DNA from: a virus
Virus record (IMG/VR): IMGVR_UViG_3300021197_001902
Location: 26,733-90,732 of that record
Strand: one strand, 5' to 3'
DNA length: 64,000 nt
Part shown: positions 40,991-49,829 of the stretch, one piece after another
Position numbering within the stretch: position 1 is the first letter of the stretch
Layout: each line of letters opens with the position of its first letter
The notes under the pieces: model-generated
What the model saw: the letters and a program-made list of their open reading frames with translations, nothing else
Databases searched by the model: none
What the model was told of the DNA's origin: nothing
Program-made: the position numbers and the translations under genes

Positions 40991-41391
40991 CTGTGATCCT
41001 TGCCTGCCCAATCTTTAAATTTCTCTTCGCCGCCGCGTATCGTCCAATCAGAATCAATTGCAATTTTAGAAGATATTCCACCACGAGGATTAAAGTCCAT
41101 CTCTAAACGTAACCTGTGCGGCGTATAAACGCTCATCAAATCATCATATACAACATTGATCAATCTCTCGTAAGACAAAAGTCGATTACGAAAATCTTGA
41201 AAGTATTTCTTCAAAGATTTCAATTCGATAATACTATCTTTTGGGTAAAATACAATCCACACTGTGGCAAAATCTGGCTGGTCTTTGACACCAATAAAGG
41301 TTACTTCGGGATTTTTAATATTGATCTCGTACCCGTCCCCACTAGGATTAGGCAGTGTCTTTAGTAATGATTTATCGCTCCACTCTTTCAT
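40984..41391 (-). CDS. queF: QueF (preQ0 reductase, T-fold) homologue lacking the catalytic Cys
   Basis: PEVT...QPDFA, ELKSLKKYF (QueF motif), FRN, PRGGIS. The real start is MKEWSD at 41391; the upstream extension overlaps tRNA-Thr. Confidence 0.8.
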   Translation of the reverse strand: MKEWSDKSLLKTLPNPSGDGYEINIKNPEVTFIGVKDQPDFATVWIVFYPKDSIIELKSLKKYFQDFRNRLLSYERLINVVYDDLMSVYTPHRLRLEMDFNPRGGISSKIAIDSDWTIRGGEEKFKDWAGKDHRW

Positions 41392-41401
41392 ATAACATCC
41401 T

Positions 41402-41467
<66 letters not shown>

Positions 41468-41477
<10 letters not shown>

Positions 41478-42082
41478 ATTCTTGTTATTATACTAGGTCT
41501 GACGCCAGAATTCAAGACTATTTGACAAATATGTTCTAATCTCTCAATATGTTCGAATGCTTCCCAAGGATTCTGTCCAACAGAACATACTCCATGATTA
41601 CCTTGGCCAACTACATCGTACTGTAAGATTCCATCCTTTAGCCCAAATGCCCTAGAGGTTTCATCAGCAAGTGCTTGAGAAATAGCGGGAAGCACTGGGA
41701 CATTGGGGCCTACCTTGGTATATCTATAGATCTCTGGGAATTGTAGCGCCATACTCTTGAGGTCCCAACCCGCGTACATTGCTGCTACGATATTCGTCGA
41801 GTGTACGTGTAAGACACACCTAGTGCTCTTAGCGTTTTGGAGAATTTGCCAGTGCATTTCTAACTCTCCTGAAGGACATTCGCCATCATTTACTACCACT
41901 TCGCCATCATGTATCCGAAGAGATTCAACAAACTCTGGATGTATAAGGGTTTTTCTCACGCCTGAAGGAGTGATATAGATCTTGCTCTCTCCGGTTCTTC
42001 GGAGCGAACAGTTGCCATCGCGAGTGGTAATCCATCCGCGTTTATAACACTCTCTCATTACGTCGCCGATTGCGGTTATCAT
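41468..42082 (-). CDS. Class II aldolase/adducin family (FucA/MtnB-like)
   Basis: GNCS, ITPSG, PSGELEMH, HVHS, NHG. Confidence 0.88.
41487..41515 (-). promoter_or_regulatory. Sigma70-type promoter for tRNA-Thr/queF
   Basis: TTGAAT-17 nt-TATAAT, ending 9 nt upstream of the tRNA. Confidence 0.65.
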
Positions 42083-42085
42083 ATC

Positions 42086-42376
42086 TTACTCTTTTGGGGA
42101 ATATAGTGCGGGATCCATCCACTCAAATTCTTCTTCTTCCTCTGGATCCGGGTCACTGTCATAGATTACTATACAGTGCAAATTGTTCCATCTTAATGGC
42201 ATCAGGAGTCTTATCTTGTGAGCGTCTTCTTTAGTATCTGCGTAGGCGTAAAGGGTTTTTCCAATTGTACCATTCTTAATTGCGTACAGTGCTCTGTCAC
42301 CGAACTCTGCTATAGCTTTAACAATCAGGGCCTCGACCTCTTGCCTGGACATTTTGCCCTTTTTATATTTGGCCAC
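42086..42376 (-). CDS. Hypothetical protein
   Basis: 96-aa ORF in operon. Confidence 0.5.
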   Translation of the reverse strand: MAKYKKGKMSRQEVEALIVKAIAEFGDRALYAIKNGTIGKTLYAYADTKEDAHKIRLLMPLRWNNLHCIVIYDSDPDPEEEEEFEWMDPALYSPKE

Positions 42377-42564
42377 TAGCTCTTCTTTCTTCTTGTTTTT
42401 TTGTGTAACTTTTCAAATAAAAGCTTTTTCCACAATGTACCTTCGACTTCCTCTTTAGGCATTTCTAAGGAGTAAAGACCAGCAAGAATGAGTCGGATCT
42501 CTCTGTTGGAGAGGTATACAGTTTTTAAAAATGCTGGTACCTTCTTTTCATTCTCGTCTGACAT
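42376..42564 (-). CDS. Hypothetical protein
   Basis: 62-aa ORF with GGAG and CTATTTAT motif upstream. Confidence 0.5.
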   Translation of the reverse strand: MSDENEKKVPAFLKTVYLSNREIRLILAGLYSLEMPKEEVEGTLWKKLLFEKLHKKTRRKKS

Positions 42565-42617
42565 ACCTTGGATTCTCCAGTGTTTAATATAAATAGTAAC
42601 TTTTTAAGCTAACGGGG

Positions 42618-43202
42618 CTAACGGGGTTGACTTTCAAGACCTTCTTTGTCCCAGCCGCCTTGGGCCCACTTTTCATTCATAATATGGTTAATTTTATTAT
42701 AATGTAAGAATCCTAACGCATGCCCTAGTTCATGTTCCAAAACTGTCTCTCTCACATCTTTACGCATATAGATTTTAGCATATTGAATCTTATTTGTTAG
42801 GTTATCAACGTAAAAACGTGTCTGGGCGAGGGCGACTTCTTCCAGTCGAATGCCTGCCGTCACCATGTGTACCACGATATAACCAGTAGGCGCATCCATC
42901 AAGCATTTATTCATTGGATCGTGTTTATATTGGGTCGAGTAGAATCTATGTCCTAACTTTTTCCAAAAATTCACAGCACTTAGAATTTGCTTTTGAGTGA
43001 TAGGAGCATGCTCGCAAATTATAACGGTTGGTGTTCGGGCCCAGGTTGCAACCTGGGATGGTCTGTTCTCAACTAGCGAGACTCTTTGAAAGTTAGCTTG
43101 GTAATTGCTGGCTAGCGCTGATGAACACAGAGAATGTATCATCATTATTGCCATCAATACATACAAAGCACACCAAAGTGCTATCTTAGTGGTATCATTC
43201 AC
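42618..43202 (-). CDS. Secreted metzincin (matrixin-like) metallopeptidase
   Basis: N-terminal hydrophobic segment; HELGHALGFLH plus Met-turn (HIMN). Confidence 0.8.
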   Translation of the reverse strand: MNDTTKIALWCALYVLMAIMMIHSLCSSALASNYQANFQRVSLVENRPSQVATWARTPTVIICEHAPITQKQILSAVNFWKKLGHRFYSTQYKHDPMNKCLMDAPTGYIVVHMVTAGIRLEEVALAQTRFYVDNLTNKIQYAKIYMRKDVRETVLEHELGHALGFLHYNKINHIMNEKWAQGGWDKEGLESQPR

Positions 43203-43209
43203 ATTATAT

Positions 43210-43728
43210 TTAGTTAAAGAAACCAGTTTTGTGATAAACAGTGCCGGAAACCCTTGCAGAATTGCCTTCAGGATCTGGTATATAGAGAGTTAGGACCTGA
43301 TGATCACTGTCTGGTGGGCGCCAGATTATCTGTAATATATTGATCTCAGGATCCCATATAGAATCAAACTCGTTACCTATCTTATTCTCATAATGATTAT
43401 AACAATTATAACTATTATTAGTAAGACTAGCAATTAAAGCATCATGTAAGTCATAACCTGAATTAAGGATGATGTCTCTGCCACAGATTGAGAAAAACTC
43501 ATCTTTTTGTGGTCCTTTTTCAATAGCTAGGCTGACAAATCCAGAGATAAGCTGAGTCTCCATCTGTTTGTCGCACCAAAAAACCGGAGTGTTGGGTCCT
43601 TCGTTCTTACTCCACCAGCAGTCCATAACAGCATATTCTTCACCATATTCTTCTATTCTAATATCTTCTTCACCTATATTAGAGCAGGAACAAAGTAACA
43701 GAAATAAACAAATTACAATCTTATTCAC
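43210..43728 (-). CDS. Putative lipoprotein
   Basis: MNKIVICLFLLLCSC signal peptide with lipobox-like Cys. Confidence 0.55.
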   Translation of the reverse strand: MNKIVICLFLLLCSCSNIGEEDIRIEEYGEEYAVMDCWWSKNEGPNTPVFWCDKQMETQLISGFVSLAIEKGPQKDEFFSICGRDIILNSGYDLHDALIASLTNNSYNCYNHYENKIGNEFDSIWDPEINILQIIWRPPDSDHQVLTLYIPDPEGNSARVSGTVYHKTGFFN

Positions 43729-43786
43729 CTTATATTAATTATATAATAACAAGATTAATTGTAGTGTGCAAGCAAAAAGTATATTT

Positions 43787-44098
43787 TTAGTCGCAACAGT
43801 CGTGTTTATCGTAATTATCTTCTCTGTTGGTCAACTTTACCCACAGTCCCCAAAGTACTGGAATGGCTAGCCAGTGAAAGCACAGTATGAGAGATGCAGG
43901 AATTCCAGCATAGAAGGCCGGGTGTACATGGTTGCCAAGAGCGGCAAATATAATCGGGAAAACTACATCTTCTATGATTTCCCATCCAACGAAGATAATA
44001 ACAAATGCTAGTCCGTTCTTCTTAAGGAAAGCCTTTAACTTTTCAGCGGAAAAGTTGTTTAACTTGTTAGATATTCTAGTTTTTAGCCAATTGATCAT
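43787..44098 (-). CDS. Small membrane protein (103 aa) directly downstream of the mini-tmRNA
   Basis: Start MINWLK at 44098 (the ORF-track extension overlaps the RNA); several hydrophobic segments. Confidence 0.6.
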   Translation of the reverse strand: MINWLKTRISNKLNNFSAEKLKAFLKKNGLAFVIIFVGWEIIEDVVFPIIFAALGNHVHPAFYAGIPASLILCFHWLAIPVLWGLWVKLTNREDNYDKHDCCD

Positions 44099-44107
44099 AA
44101 GTTTTTT

Positions 44108-44189
44108 TGGTGGAGGTGCACGGAGTCGAACCGTGGTCCTGAGAATACCATTGCAGGCCTTAATCTCAGTCGAAACCCAAACCACCCCC
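44108..44189 (-). ncRNA. ssrA: Minimal tmRNA (tRNA-like domain only, 82 nt, no tag reading frame)
   Basis: GGGGGTG-GTTTGGGTTTCGA-CTGAGA...TCTCAG-GAC-CACGG-TTCGACT-CCGTG-CACCTCC-A-CCA. It has a G3:U70 acceptor, a stemless D-loop ending GG.TTCGAC, the GGAC linker and a T-arm, as at the two ends of tmRNA. Confidence 0.85.
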
Positions 44190-44228
44190 TTTTTTAAAAA
44201 TAGTTGTTGACAAGAAAAGACAAATAGT

Positions 44229-44567
44229 TTATTCTCTATTTATGTCATATCTCTTCTTCATCTCAACAAGTGATCTTTGGTTAATCCCAAGTATCCTTCT
44301 TATTTCAATGTTAGTTTCAGCTACACTGATAGTGGCATTATACAATGCTTCTTTAGTAATATTAACCATTTTTGACCAGAGATTAAATCCATACAACTTA
44401 CCATTTGTAAGCCGCATAGAGCATTCTAACTTAAGTCCTATAACTTCTTCAAGGGTTAGAGAAGATAACATTATCTCAAATGCTTCAGATGATTTGCCTT
44501 CTTTACGAAGTTTCTTAGATAATGACTTGTTTCTACTAAAACCCTTTTCTATATTAGGGTTTGACAT
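44229..44567 (-). CDS. Hypothetical basic protein
   Basis: 112-aa ORF. Confidence 0.6.
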   Translation of the reverse strand: MSNPNIEKGFSRNKSLSKKLRKEGKSSEAFEIMLSSLTLEEVIGLKLECSMRLTNGKLYGFNLWSKMVNITKEALYNATISVAETNIEIRRILGINQRSLVEMKKRYDINRE

Positions 44568-44573
44568 GTATTA

Positions 44574-45404
44574 TTATTGTAAAAGACTATCGACTAAGCT
44601 TTCTAAGTTAATCTCACTTCCTTCTTCCAGTTCAAATTCAGGAAGCTCGGAGCTAGGCTCTCCTTCGTCAGGTTCTACCGGTGTATCTGGTGTTACATTG
44701 GCTGCAGCTGCCGGCGGGCCGGGGTCTTCGACCAATTCGCTTTCATATTTTTCGAAATATAAAACTAGATTCTTAATCAGGTATTCCTCGAACATGCTGG
44801 TATCTTTTGGATTATCAAGATTATCAAAAGCAGTTAAGATGTTCTTCTCTATATCATGGAAATCATCATACGCTCTGTTTCGCCCAGTTTTGTCTTCACC
44901 TTCGAGGCCGAACTCAGCTCGCTCGTCTGGCTCGGCGACAGGTACCTCAGGTTCAACATCAATAAAGGCAGGATCATCTTCAGGCTTGTCGGAAAGCGAG
45001 ACATTAATCTCTTCTTCTACGGGATCAAGTTCACCATCGGCGCCGGCTTCTTTGCGCTCTTCTTCAGGTGCAAGAGATTTTTCAACAGCATTTAAGATAT
45101 GGTTTTTGTACGAATCTCTCTGTTGCGCATCCGTAGTAAGAGACTTATACCCAGTCTCAATAACAGACAAGACATTGGAATTCTTAAGTAAATCTTCCAA
45201 AGTATTGATCCCAGTACTAGGGTGTTTTGCCACAGAAGCAACTGCAGACTGGCTCTCTATCAGGCCTCTGATAATGGTACGTAGTTGGTTCTCTTCTTCC
45301 AGACTCTTGGCACCTCTTTTGTCCAAAACGTGCCGAATGGCCTTGCGCACATTCTCGCGGAGCATTATCTCTTGTGTAAATTCCTTGCGTTCTATCATTA
45401 TCAA
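44574..45404 (-). CDS. Acidic hypothetical protein (possible head-internal protein)
   Basis: 276-aa ORF with CTATTTAT motif upstream and LRE/LIE sites. Confidence 0.6.
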   Translation of the reverse strand: MIMIERKEFTQEIMLRENVRKAIRHVLDKRGAKSLEEENQLRTIIRGLIESQSAVASVAKHPSTGINTLEDLLKNSNVLSVIETGYKSLTTDAQQRDSYKNHILNAVEKSLAPEEERKEAGADGELDPVEEEINVSLSDKPEDDPAFIDVEPEVPVAEPDERAEFGLEGEDKTGRNRAYDDFHDIEKNILTAFDNLDNPKDTSMFEEYLIKNLVLYFEKYESELVEDPGPPAAAANVTPDTPVEPDEGEPSSELPEFELEEGSEINLESLVDSLLQ

Positions 45405-47671
45405 CCCACCGTTATACCTAATAAATAGTCCATTACTTCATTAACTATCTCTTGTTCTTCTTTAATGAAGTTCTTGGGATGTCTCTTCTCTTTCTGTTCG
45501 GAGCCTACAATCTTAGGGGTCCGCATTCCAAAGGGACCTGCATAGCCCCCGCCGGCCCCGACGCCAGATAACTCTTCAAGTTTCCCTTGAAGTATATCAT
45601 ATATTTCTTGATTATAAAATCCCATGATCTTTTCGAAGTCTTCACGAGAGGCCCCCTTCAGGGCTTTTCTTAAAGTTGTACCAGACATTTCGCCAAAGCC
45701 AGGGATCTCAATCTCAACATGTGGAGCGACTGCAATATATCCGTGCTTGTCAAGCCCTACAAGCTCTTCTGTTGGCTTATAAGTTTTGTAGTAAGCAGGA
45801 GTCCCCTTTTTGGTTAAACCGTCTAGATTTGCGAATCTGGGGCTCTCACGCATATCCTTGCCACCAACAGCGAACACGACCGCGGTGTTCCCCGGATCGA
45901 AACCATCGGTAATCTCATCTGCCTGATATGGATTACGAGTCAGGATAATCTTATCCCCAGGGACACCATGCTCCACCGCGATACGTCTTTTCTCGTTAAA
46001 GCTTAAGGGAGATCCTTTTGTCGGATCCATAACATTTGATGTAGCAATAAAGGTATTCTCTACGCCAAACTTGTCGGCCAGAGCTTTATATGTTTGATAG
46101 TGATGTTGTCCCATTGGTTGGAACCTGCCGGGATAAATGGCGATCACTCTCTTTTGATCTTGTTCCATCGTTAATGTGTTTTTCAAAGCAGGCATTGTCT
46201 TCGAGATATACTTTTTAAGAGTACCAACGGCAGTATCAACCACCCTATCTCCAAGACTCTCATTCAAAGCCCAATTAACAGCCTCAGCCAAGGCAACCTT
46301 TACGTACCGCGCATCACGAACCAAAGAGGTAATTGGAACACCACCAAGAAGGTTTTCATAAAGTTCTTGATTCTTCTTTTCAACAGGAGGAAGGTTCTGG
46401 GACCACTCCAAGAGATTCTTAGTAACTGAGAACCCATCAGATCCCCAATATACTGTAAGACTTTCGGTTTGCTGGAACTTTGCACCCTTGTCGACTGCAA
46501 AGTTCGCTTTGCTAAATTCCAAACGATCAACAAATTTAACACCGTTTCCGTCGTTGTCAACGGCTACATAGCCTTCTGGGTTGCTTGCGACCAAATCGCC
46601 CGAACCATCATCAATAAAGTGTTTTGTGTTGTATACAGCGTTGTTGTATTTGTTGACAAAGATGTTCTTTGCTTCAAAGAGAAGTCGGGAAACTCTGAAA
46701 AGATTGAGAATATCTTCTTGTTTGCTATCAAAGGCTGCGAGCATCTCTTGACCTTTTTGGGTTGCTCGCATCTTTCCTTTTTCAGACTTAAGTTTATCAA
46801 TTCTTTTTTCTAGGCGACCTGAATACCAACGTTTGAAGCCTAGAAAAGATTTAGCTGGATCCTCAAGAAATTGACCGCCTCTGATTTCAGAGTTGATATA
46901 GATGTTAAGAAGGTCCATCGGCAGACCTTCATAATCAATCTTTTCATTGACCTGATCCGCAGCTGAAACTAATTCCTTAACCTTCGTCTCTTCATCTTCA
47001 GTTAACGTAACGGTTCCGGTATCATCGGTAAACCGAGCATCATCGAACCAAATTCCGGGCACTCGGTTCAGTCCACTGACATCAGCACCAAGTTTAACAC
47101 CGGTTGGACGCCCCTTCTCGTCTGCGCCGTTATATGTTGTATGAAACACAATTCCAAACTTAGATTGGCCTATTTCTTGACCAAGTTTCGAATCAACCGG
47201 AACAGTATAAATAAGTGTGTTTGGCTTAAATCGATAATGAGGCTCCCCATCAATATTGACTTTTGAGAGCATTTCATCATCAAACATGAAATCGCCTTGG
47301 AGAATGTTCTTAATTCCAAGCTTGGGTAACTCAATCAGCGCCCTGTTTAATTTATCAACAAGCCCTGGAGCACGGCCATGATTCTTCTGAATGTCCTGGG
47401 GTGTGTAGTTAATCTTCGGGGTTTCGTTAAAGACAGACTTGGTGCCAACAAAAAACTTGCCATTATTGGGATTGGTACCAGCAAAAATAGCAGGAGCCCC
47501 GTCCCATTTGACGGTGGTCTGAACACTGGAGTTGGTATTTCCCTTTAACTCTTCCAACAACTCAAGCAAAAATGCCCGAGCCATATCATAGCCTTTTGGA
47601 CCCTGTGTTAAAACAAGCTCTTCAAGGTGAGTTAAGTGAGTGTTTGCTTTGCCTTCATCCAGAAGGGACAT
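45401..47671 (-). CDS. Fusion: DUF6267-like ligase-fold nucleotidyltransferase + HIGH-type (cytidyltransferase/NMNAT-like) domain
   Basis: NTHLTHLEE, VKWDGAP (KxDG), QGDFMF, EGYV, KFVDRLEFS; then YPGRFQPMGQHH...MSGTTLR. Confidence 0.7.
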   Translation of the reverse strand: MSLLDEGKANTHLTHLEELVLTQGPKGYDMARAFLLELLEELKGNTNSSVQTTVKWDGAPAIFAGTNPNNGKFFVGTKSVFNETPKINYTPQDIQKNHGRAPGLVDKLNRALIELPKLGIKNILQGDFMFDDEMLSKVNIDGEPHYRFKPNTLIYTVPVDSKLGQEIGQSKFGIVFHTTYNGADEKGRPTGVKLGADVSGLNRVPGIWFDDARFTDDTGTVTLTEDEETKVKELVSAADQVNEKIDYEGLPMDLLNIYINSEIRGGQFLEDPAKSFLGFKRWYSGRLEKRIDKLKSEKGKMRATQKGQEMLAAFDSKQEDILNLFRVSRLLFEAKNIFVNKYNNAVYNTKHFIDDGSGDLVASNPEGYVAVDNDGNGVKFVDRLEFSKANFAVDKGAKFQQTESLTVYWGSDGFSVTKNLLEWSQNLPPVEKKNQELYENLLGGVPITSLVRDARYVKVALAEAVNWALNESLGDRVVDTAVGTLKKYISKTMPALKNTLTMEQDQKRVIAIYPGRFQPMGQHHYQTYKALADKFGVENTFIATSNVMDPTKGSPLSFNEKRRIAVEHGVPGDKIILTRNPYQADEITDGFDPGNTAVVFAVGGKDMRESPRFANLDGLTKKGTPAYYKTYKPTEELVGLDKHGYIAVAPHVEIEIPGFGEMSGTTLRKALKGASREDFEKIMGFYNQEIYDILQGKLEELSGVGAGGGYAGPFGMRTPKIVGSEQKEKRHPKNFIKEEQEIVNEVMDYLLGITVG

Positions 47672-47675
47672 AATC

Positions 47676-47921
47676 CTACTCCTTGTTTTCTTCTAAGATA
47701 GAAACCTGCTCTTCTAATACCCCAACACGCTCTTGAAGCCGGCGCATTTGGCGCCGTACTTCTTTCAGGCTTTGTCGAGCCATTTCAATCCGGCGCTCGT
47801 CAGTGCGAGTGCTCGGACGGATGTTGGTGAGAACTTCAGAGATTGACTGAAGATAACTCGACACGCTAGGGGCTTGGCCTTCATTAAGAATGAACTGGCG
47901 TGTTAAACGACGAAAGTCCAT
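47676..47921 (-). CDS. Small coiled-coil protein
   Basis: 81 aa with heptad-like C-terminus. Confidence 0.6.
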   Translation of the reverse strand: MDFRRLTRQFILNEGQAPSVSSYLQSISEVLTNIRPSTRTDERRIEMARQSLKEVRRQMRRLQERVGVLEEQVSILEENKE

Positions 47922-47927
47922 ATCTTA

Positions 47928-48224
47928 TTACTTTGCAGTAGTCTTTTTAGTAACAGTCTTAGCAACTGCTGGCTTAGCAACAGGATCCTTGGCCAGGGTC
48001 TTTTCAACCTTGTCCCAATCCTTCTGTGTTACCTTCGGTGCTACCGGTGCTGCCTTTGGAGCAGCTGGAGCAGGTGTAGGCTTTACGTCCGCCGCAGGCT
48101 TCACTGCCACGGCCTCTTCAGCCTTCTTTGCTGCCTCTGCGGCTTTTTTCGCTGCTTCAGCTTTTCTTCTTCTTTTAACGTGTGGTGCAACCATTTTACT
48201 TGGCCTCCTCTTTGATTTTCGCAA
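47928..48224 (-). CDS. Lys/Ala/Pro-rich basic protein (histone H1-like composition)
   Basis: AEAAKKAAEAAKK, PAPAAPK; exact start uncertain. Confidence 0.5.
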   Translation of the reverse strand: MRKSKRRPSKMVAPHVKRRRKAEAAKKAAEAAKKAEEAVAVKPAADVKPTPAPAAPKAAPVAPKVTQKDWDKVEKTLAKDPVAKPAVAKTVTKKTTAK

Positions 48225-48942
48225 GAATTCTGCGAGTGATGTCTTTGGCTTCCTTGAGGGAAATCATTCTTGGAGCTGTTGTTTCCTCAACAGCCTCCTC
48301 GATCTCGTCTTCTTCAACAGCTTTCACGAGTTTACCATCCTTTACGGACATATCTCCTGGGCCATCAAGCACATCGTCAGAATCTAATTTATTTTTAGAA
48401 ACCTCTGGCACGCCTTCTTTAAGAAGTCCCCATTTTTTCATCAACTTAGTGTTGATTTCGTTGTTTTTCCACTCTTTAAGTGACATTTTTGGTTCTCCTG
48501 TTTTTAAAAAATCAATCTCTATGTCAATTTTTCCTGTCTTAATTAGGTCTTCAAAATCCCTAAATATTAAATTTCCTTTGGTATATGCCTCTTTCTCCAT
48601 GTTACGAAGATGAGGGTTACTCTGGGCATACCCTTCATGTGTTTCATTGTCGCTTGTAAAATCGCCACGACAATTTTGTGCATGGTGAACAAGTTCATGG
48701 GACAAAGATCTCATAATGTCCTTGGGATGCCGACCATCAACGTATAAAACAATATTCATATGCTCAGGGTCGTAGTAGGCTGTTTTTCCAAGCATTTTAT
48801 TGGAATTTTCCGAATCGCTCTGAAAATAGACAGTCACTGGTTTATCAAAGCCAAGTCTTTCTTGAGAGTATGGAAAGAAATTGTCGACCATCTGTTCAAG
48901 ATGATACACGTTTCCTACTGTATTGTTTACGCATTTGTGCAT
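48196..48942 (-). CDS. Zincin-motif protein
   Basis: SLSHELVHHAQ...MEKEAY. Confidence 0.65.
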   Translation of the reverse strand: MHKCVNNTVGNVYHLEQMVDNFFPYSQERLGFDKPVTVYFQSDSENSNKMLGKTAYYDPEHMNIVLYVDGRHPKDIMRSLSHELVHHAQNCRGDFTSDNETHEGYAQSNPHLRNMEKEAYTKGNLIFRDFEDLIKTGKIDIEIDFLKTGEPKMSLKEWKNNEINTKLMKKWGLLKEGVPEVSKNKLDSDDVLDGPGDMSVKDGKLVKAVEEDEIEEAVEETTAPRMISLKEAKDITRRILAKIKEEAK

Positions 48943-48948
48943 TGTTTA

Positions 48949-49269
48949 TTAATTAGTTGAAAATAACAGAAAGAGAACCGCCCATAAATGATAAACAAAA
49001 ACAGCGATGTAAACTAGATTAAGTCCCAAAAGAGCTGCGAAGACTTTTTTCTTAAATCTTTTTCTAAAATAGTAGAGAATCCAAATCCCAGCGCCACTAA
49101 GGCCCAGTTTCGCAACAACAAATAAAAGCGGTGAAGCTTGATAAAAGAAATCCATGATCGGATTTGCTTCTGTTGCGAGCCCTTGCTCTACCCAGAATAG
49201 TGTTGCTGTTAAATCTATAAGAATGAGAACAGACAAGAAATATACTAGCTTGACAATTCTCCGGAGCAT
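48949..49269 (-). CDS. DUF5658-like membrane protein
   Basis: DLTAT......A.EANPIM motif, several TM segments. Confidence 0.65.
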   Translation of the reverse strand: MLRRIVKLVYFLSVLILIDLTATLFWVEQGLATEANPIMDFFYQASPLLFVVAKLGLSGAGIWILYYFRKRFKKKVFAALLGLNLVYIAVFVYHLWAVLFLLFSTN

Positions 49270-49491
49270 CTAGTCCAACCCTGCTTGTTTCCTAGCCACT
49301 TCTTTGAGTTCGACGTCCAGTGTGTCCCGGAGCCCATATCCCGATAACCATTTAGGTTGCTGCCAAAATGGAACGAGCATATGAAGAACCATTGCCAACC
49401 CACCAAGGATAAGAAGCCCTGAAAGTTTCCCAGAGCGTTTAAGATGTGAGATATATCCCTCGGCTTTAAAATGGGCCCAATCCCAGCTCAT
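49270..49491 (-). CDS. Small membrane protein
   Basis: 73 aa, hydrophobic core, LHMLVPF. Confidence 0.5.
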   Translation of the reverse strand: MSWDWAHFKAEGYISHLKRSGKLSGLLILGGLAMVLHMLVPFWQQPKWLSGYGLRDTLDVELKEVARKQAGLD

Positions 49492-49817
49492 CCTAGATCA
49501 CCCTTGCCCGGGCCCTTTTCATAGGTAATAGATTTAAAGGCGGCCTCAAGATAATCAGCTGCCTTGACAATTTTTGCCTGGACCCATGGCTCTAGGTTTT
49601 CATCATCCTGTAGCATATCATGAAGCTGTTGTGACTGTGCGGCCATATGATAGAGCGATTTTTTCGCCATGTGACCTTCGTAGCCGTCAGGATCTTTATC
49701 ATCTTGTGGCGCCGAGTGCAGGTTTTCGTCCAGCTCCGGAGTCTCAAATAAGACAGAGGAAGACTGTTGCAGTTCTTTTTTAATCAGCTGCCTAAGAGCG
49801 TTTTTTGAAATTTTCAT
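49488..49817 (-). CDS. Hypothetical phage protein
   Basis: MKISKNALRQLIKKEL leader; LEPWVQAKIVKAADYL. Confidence 0.65.
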   Translation of the reverse strand: MKISKNALRQLIKKELQQSSSVLFETPELDENLHSAPQDDKDPDGYEGHMAKKSLYHMAAQSQQLHDMLQDDENLEPWVQAKIVKAADYLEAAFKSITYEKGPGKGDLG

Positions 49818-49829
49818 TATTCGTTTTCC

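Noticed and set aside
44108-44189. Reading this RNA as an ordinary tRNA-Ala (TGC occurs in the loop)
   Set aside because: No D-stem and no 5-bp stem/7-nt anticodon loop; D-region and GGAC linker match tmRNA; a normal tRNA-Ala(TGC) already exists at 40668
44207-44235. Plus-strand TTGACA-17-TATTCT
   Set aside because: Points antisense into a gene with no credible plus-strand target; may be chance in AT-rich DNA
44242-45444. 400-aa plus-strand ORF
   Set aside because: Ser-rich antisense shadow of two minus-strand genes that fit the operon structure
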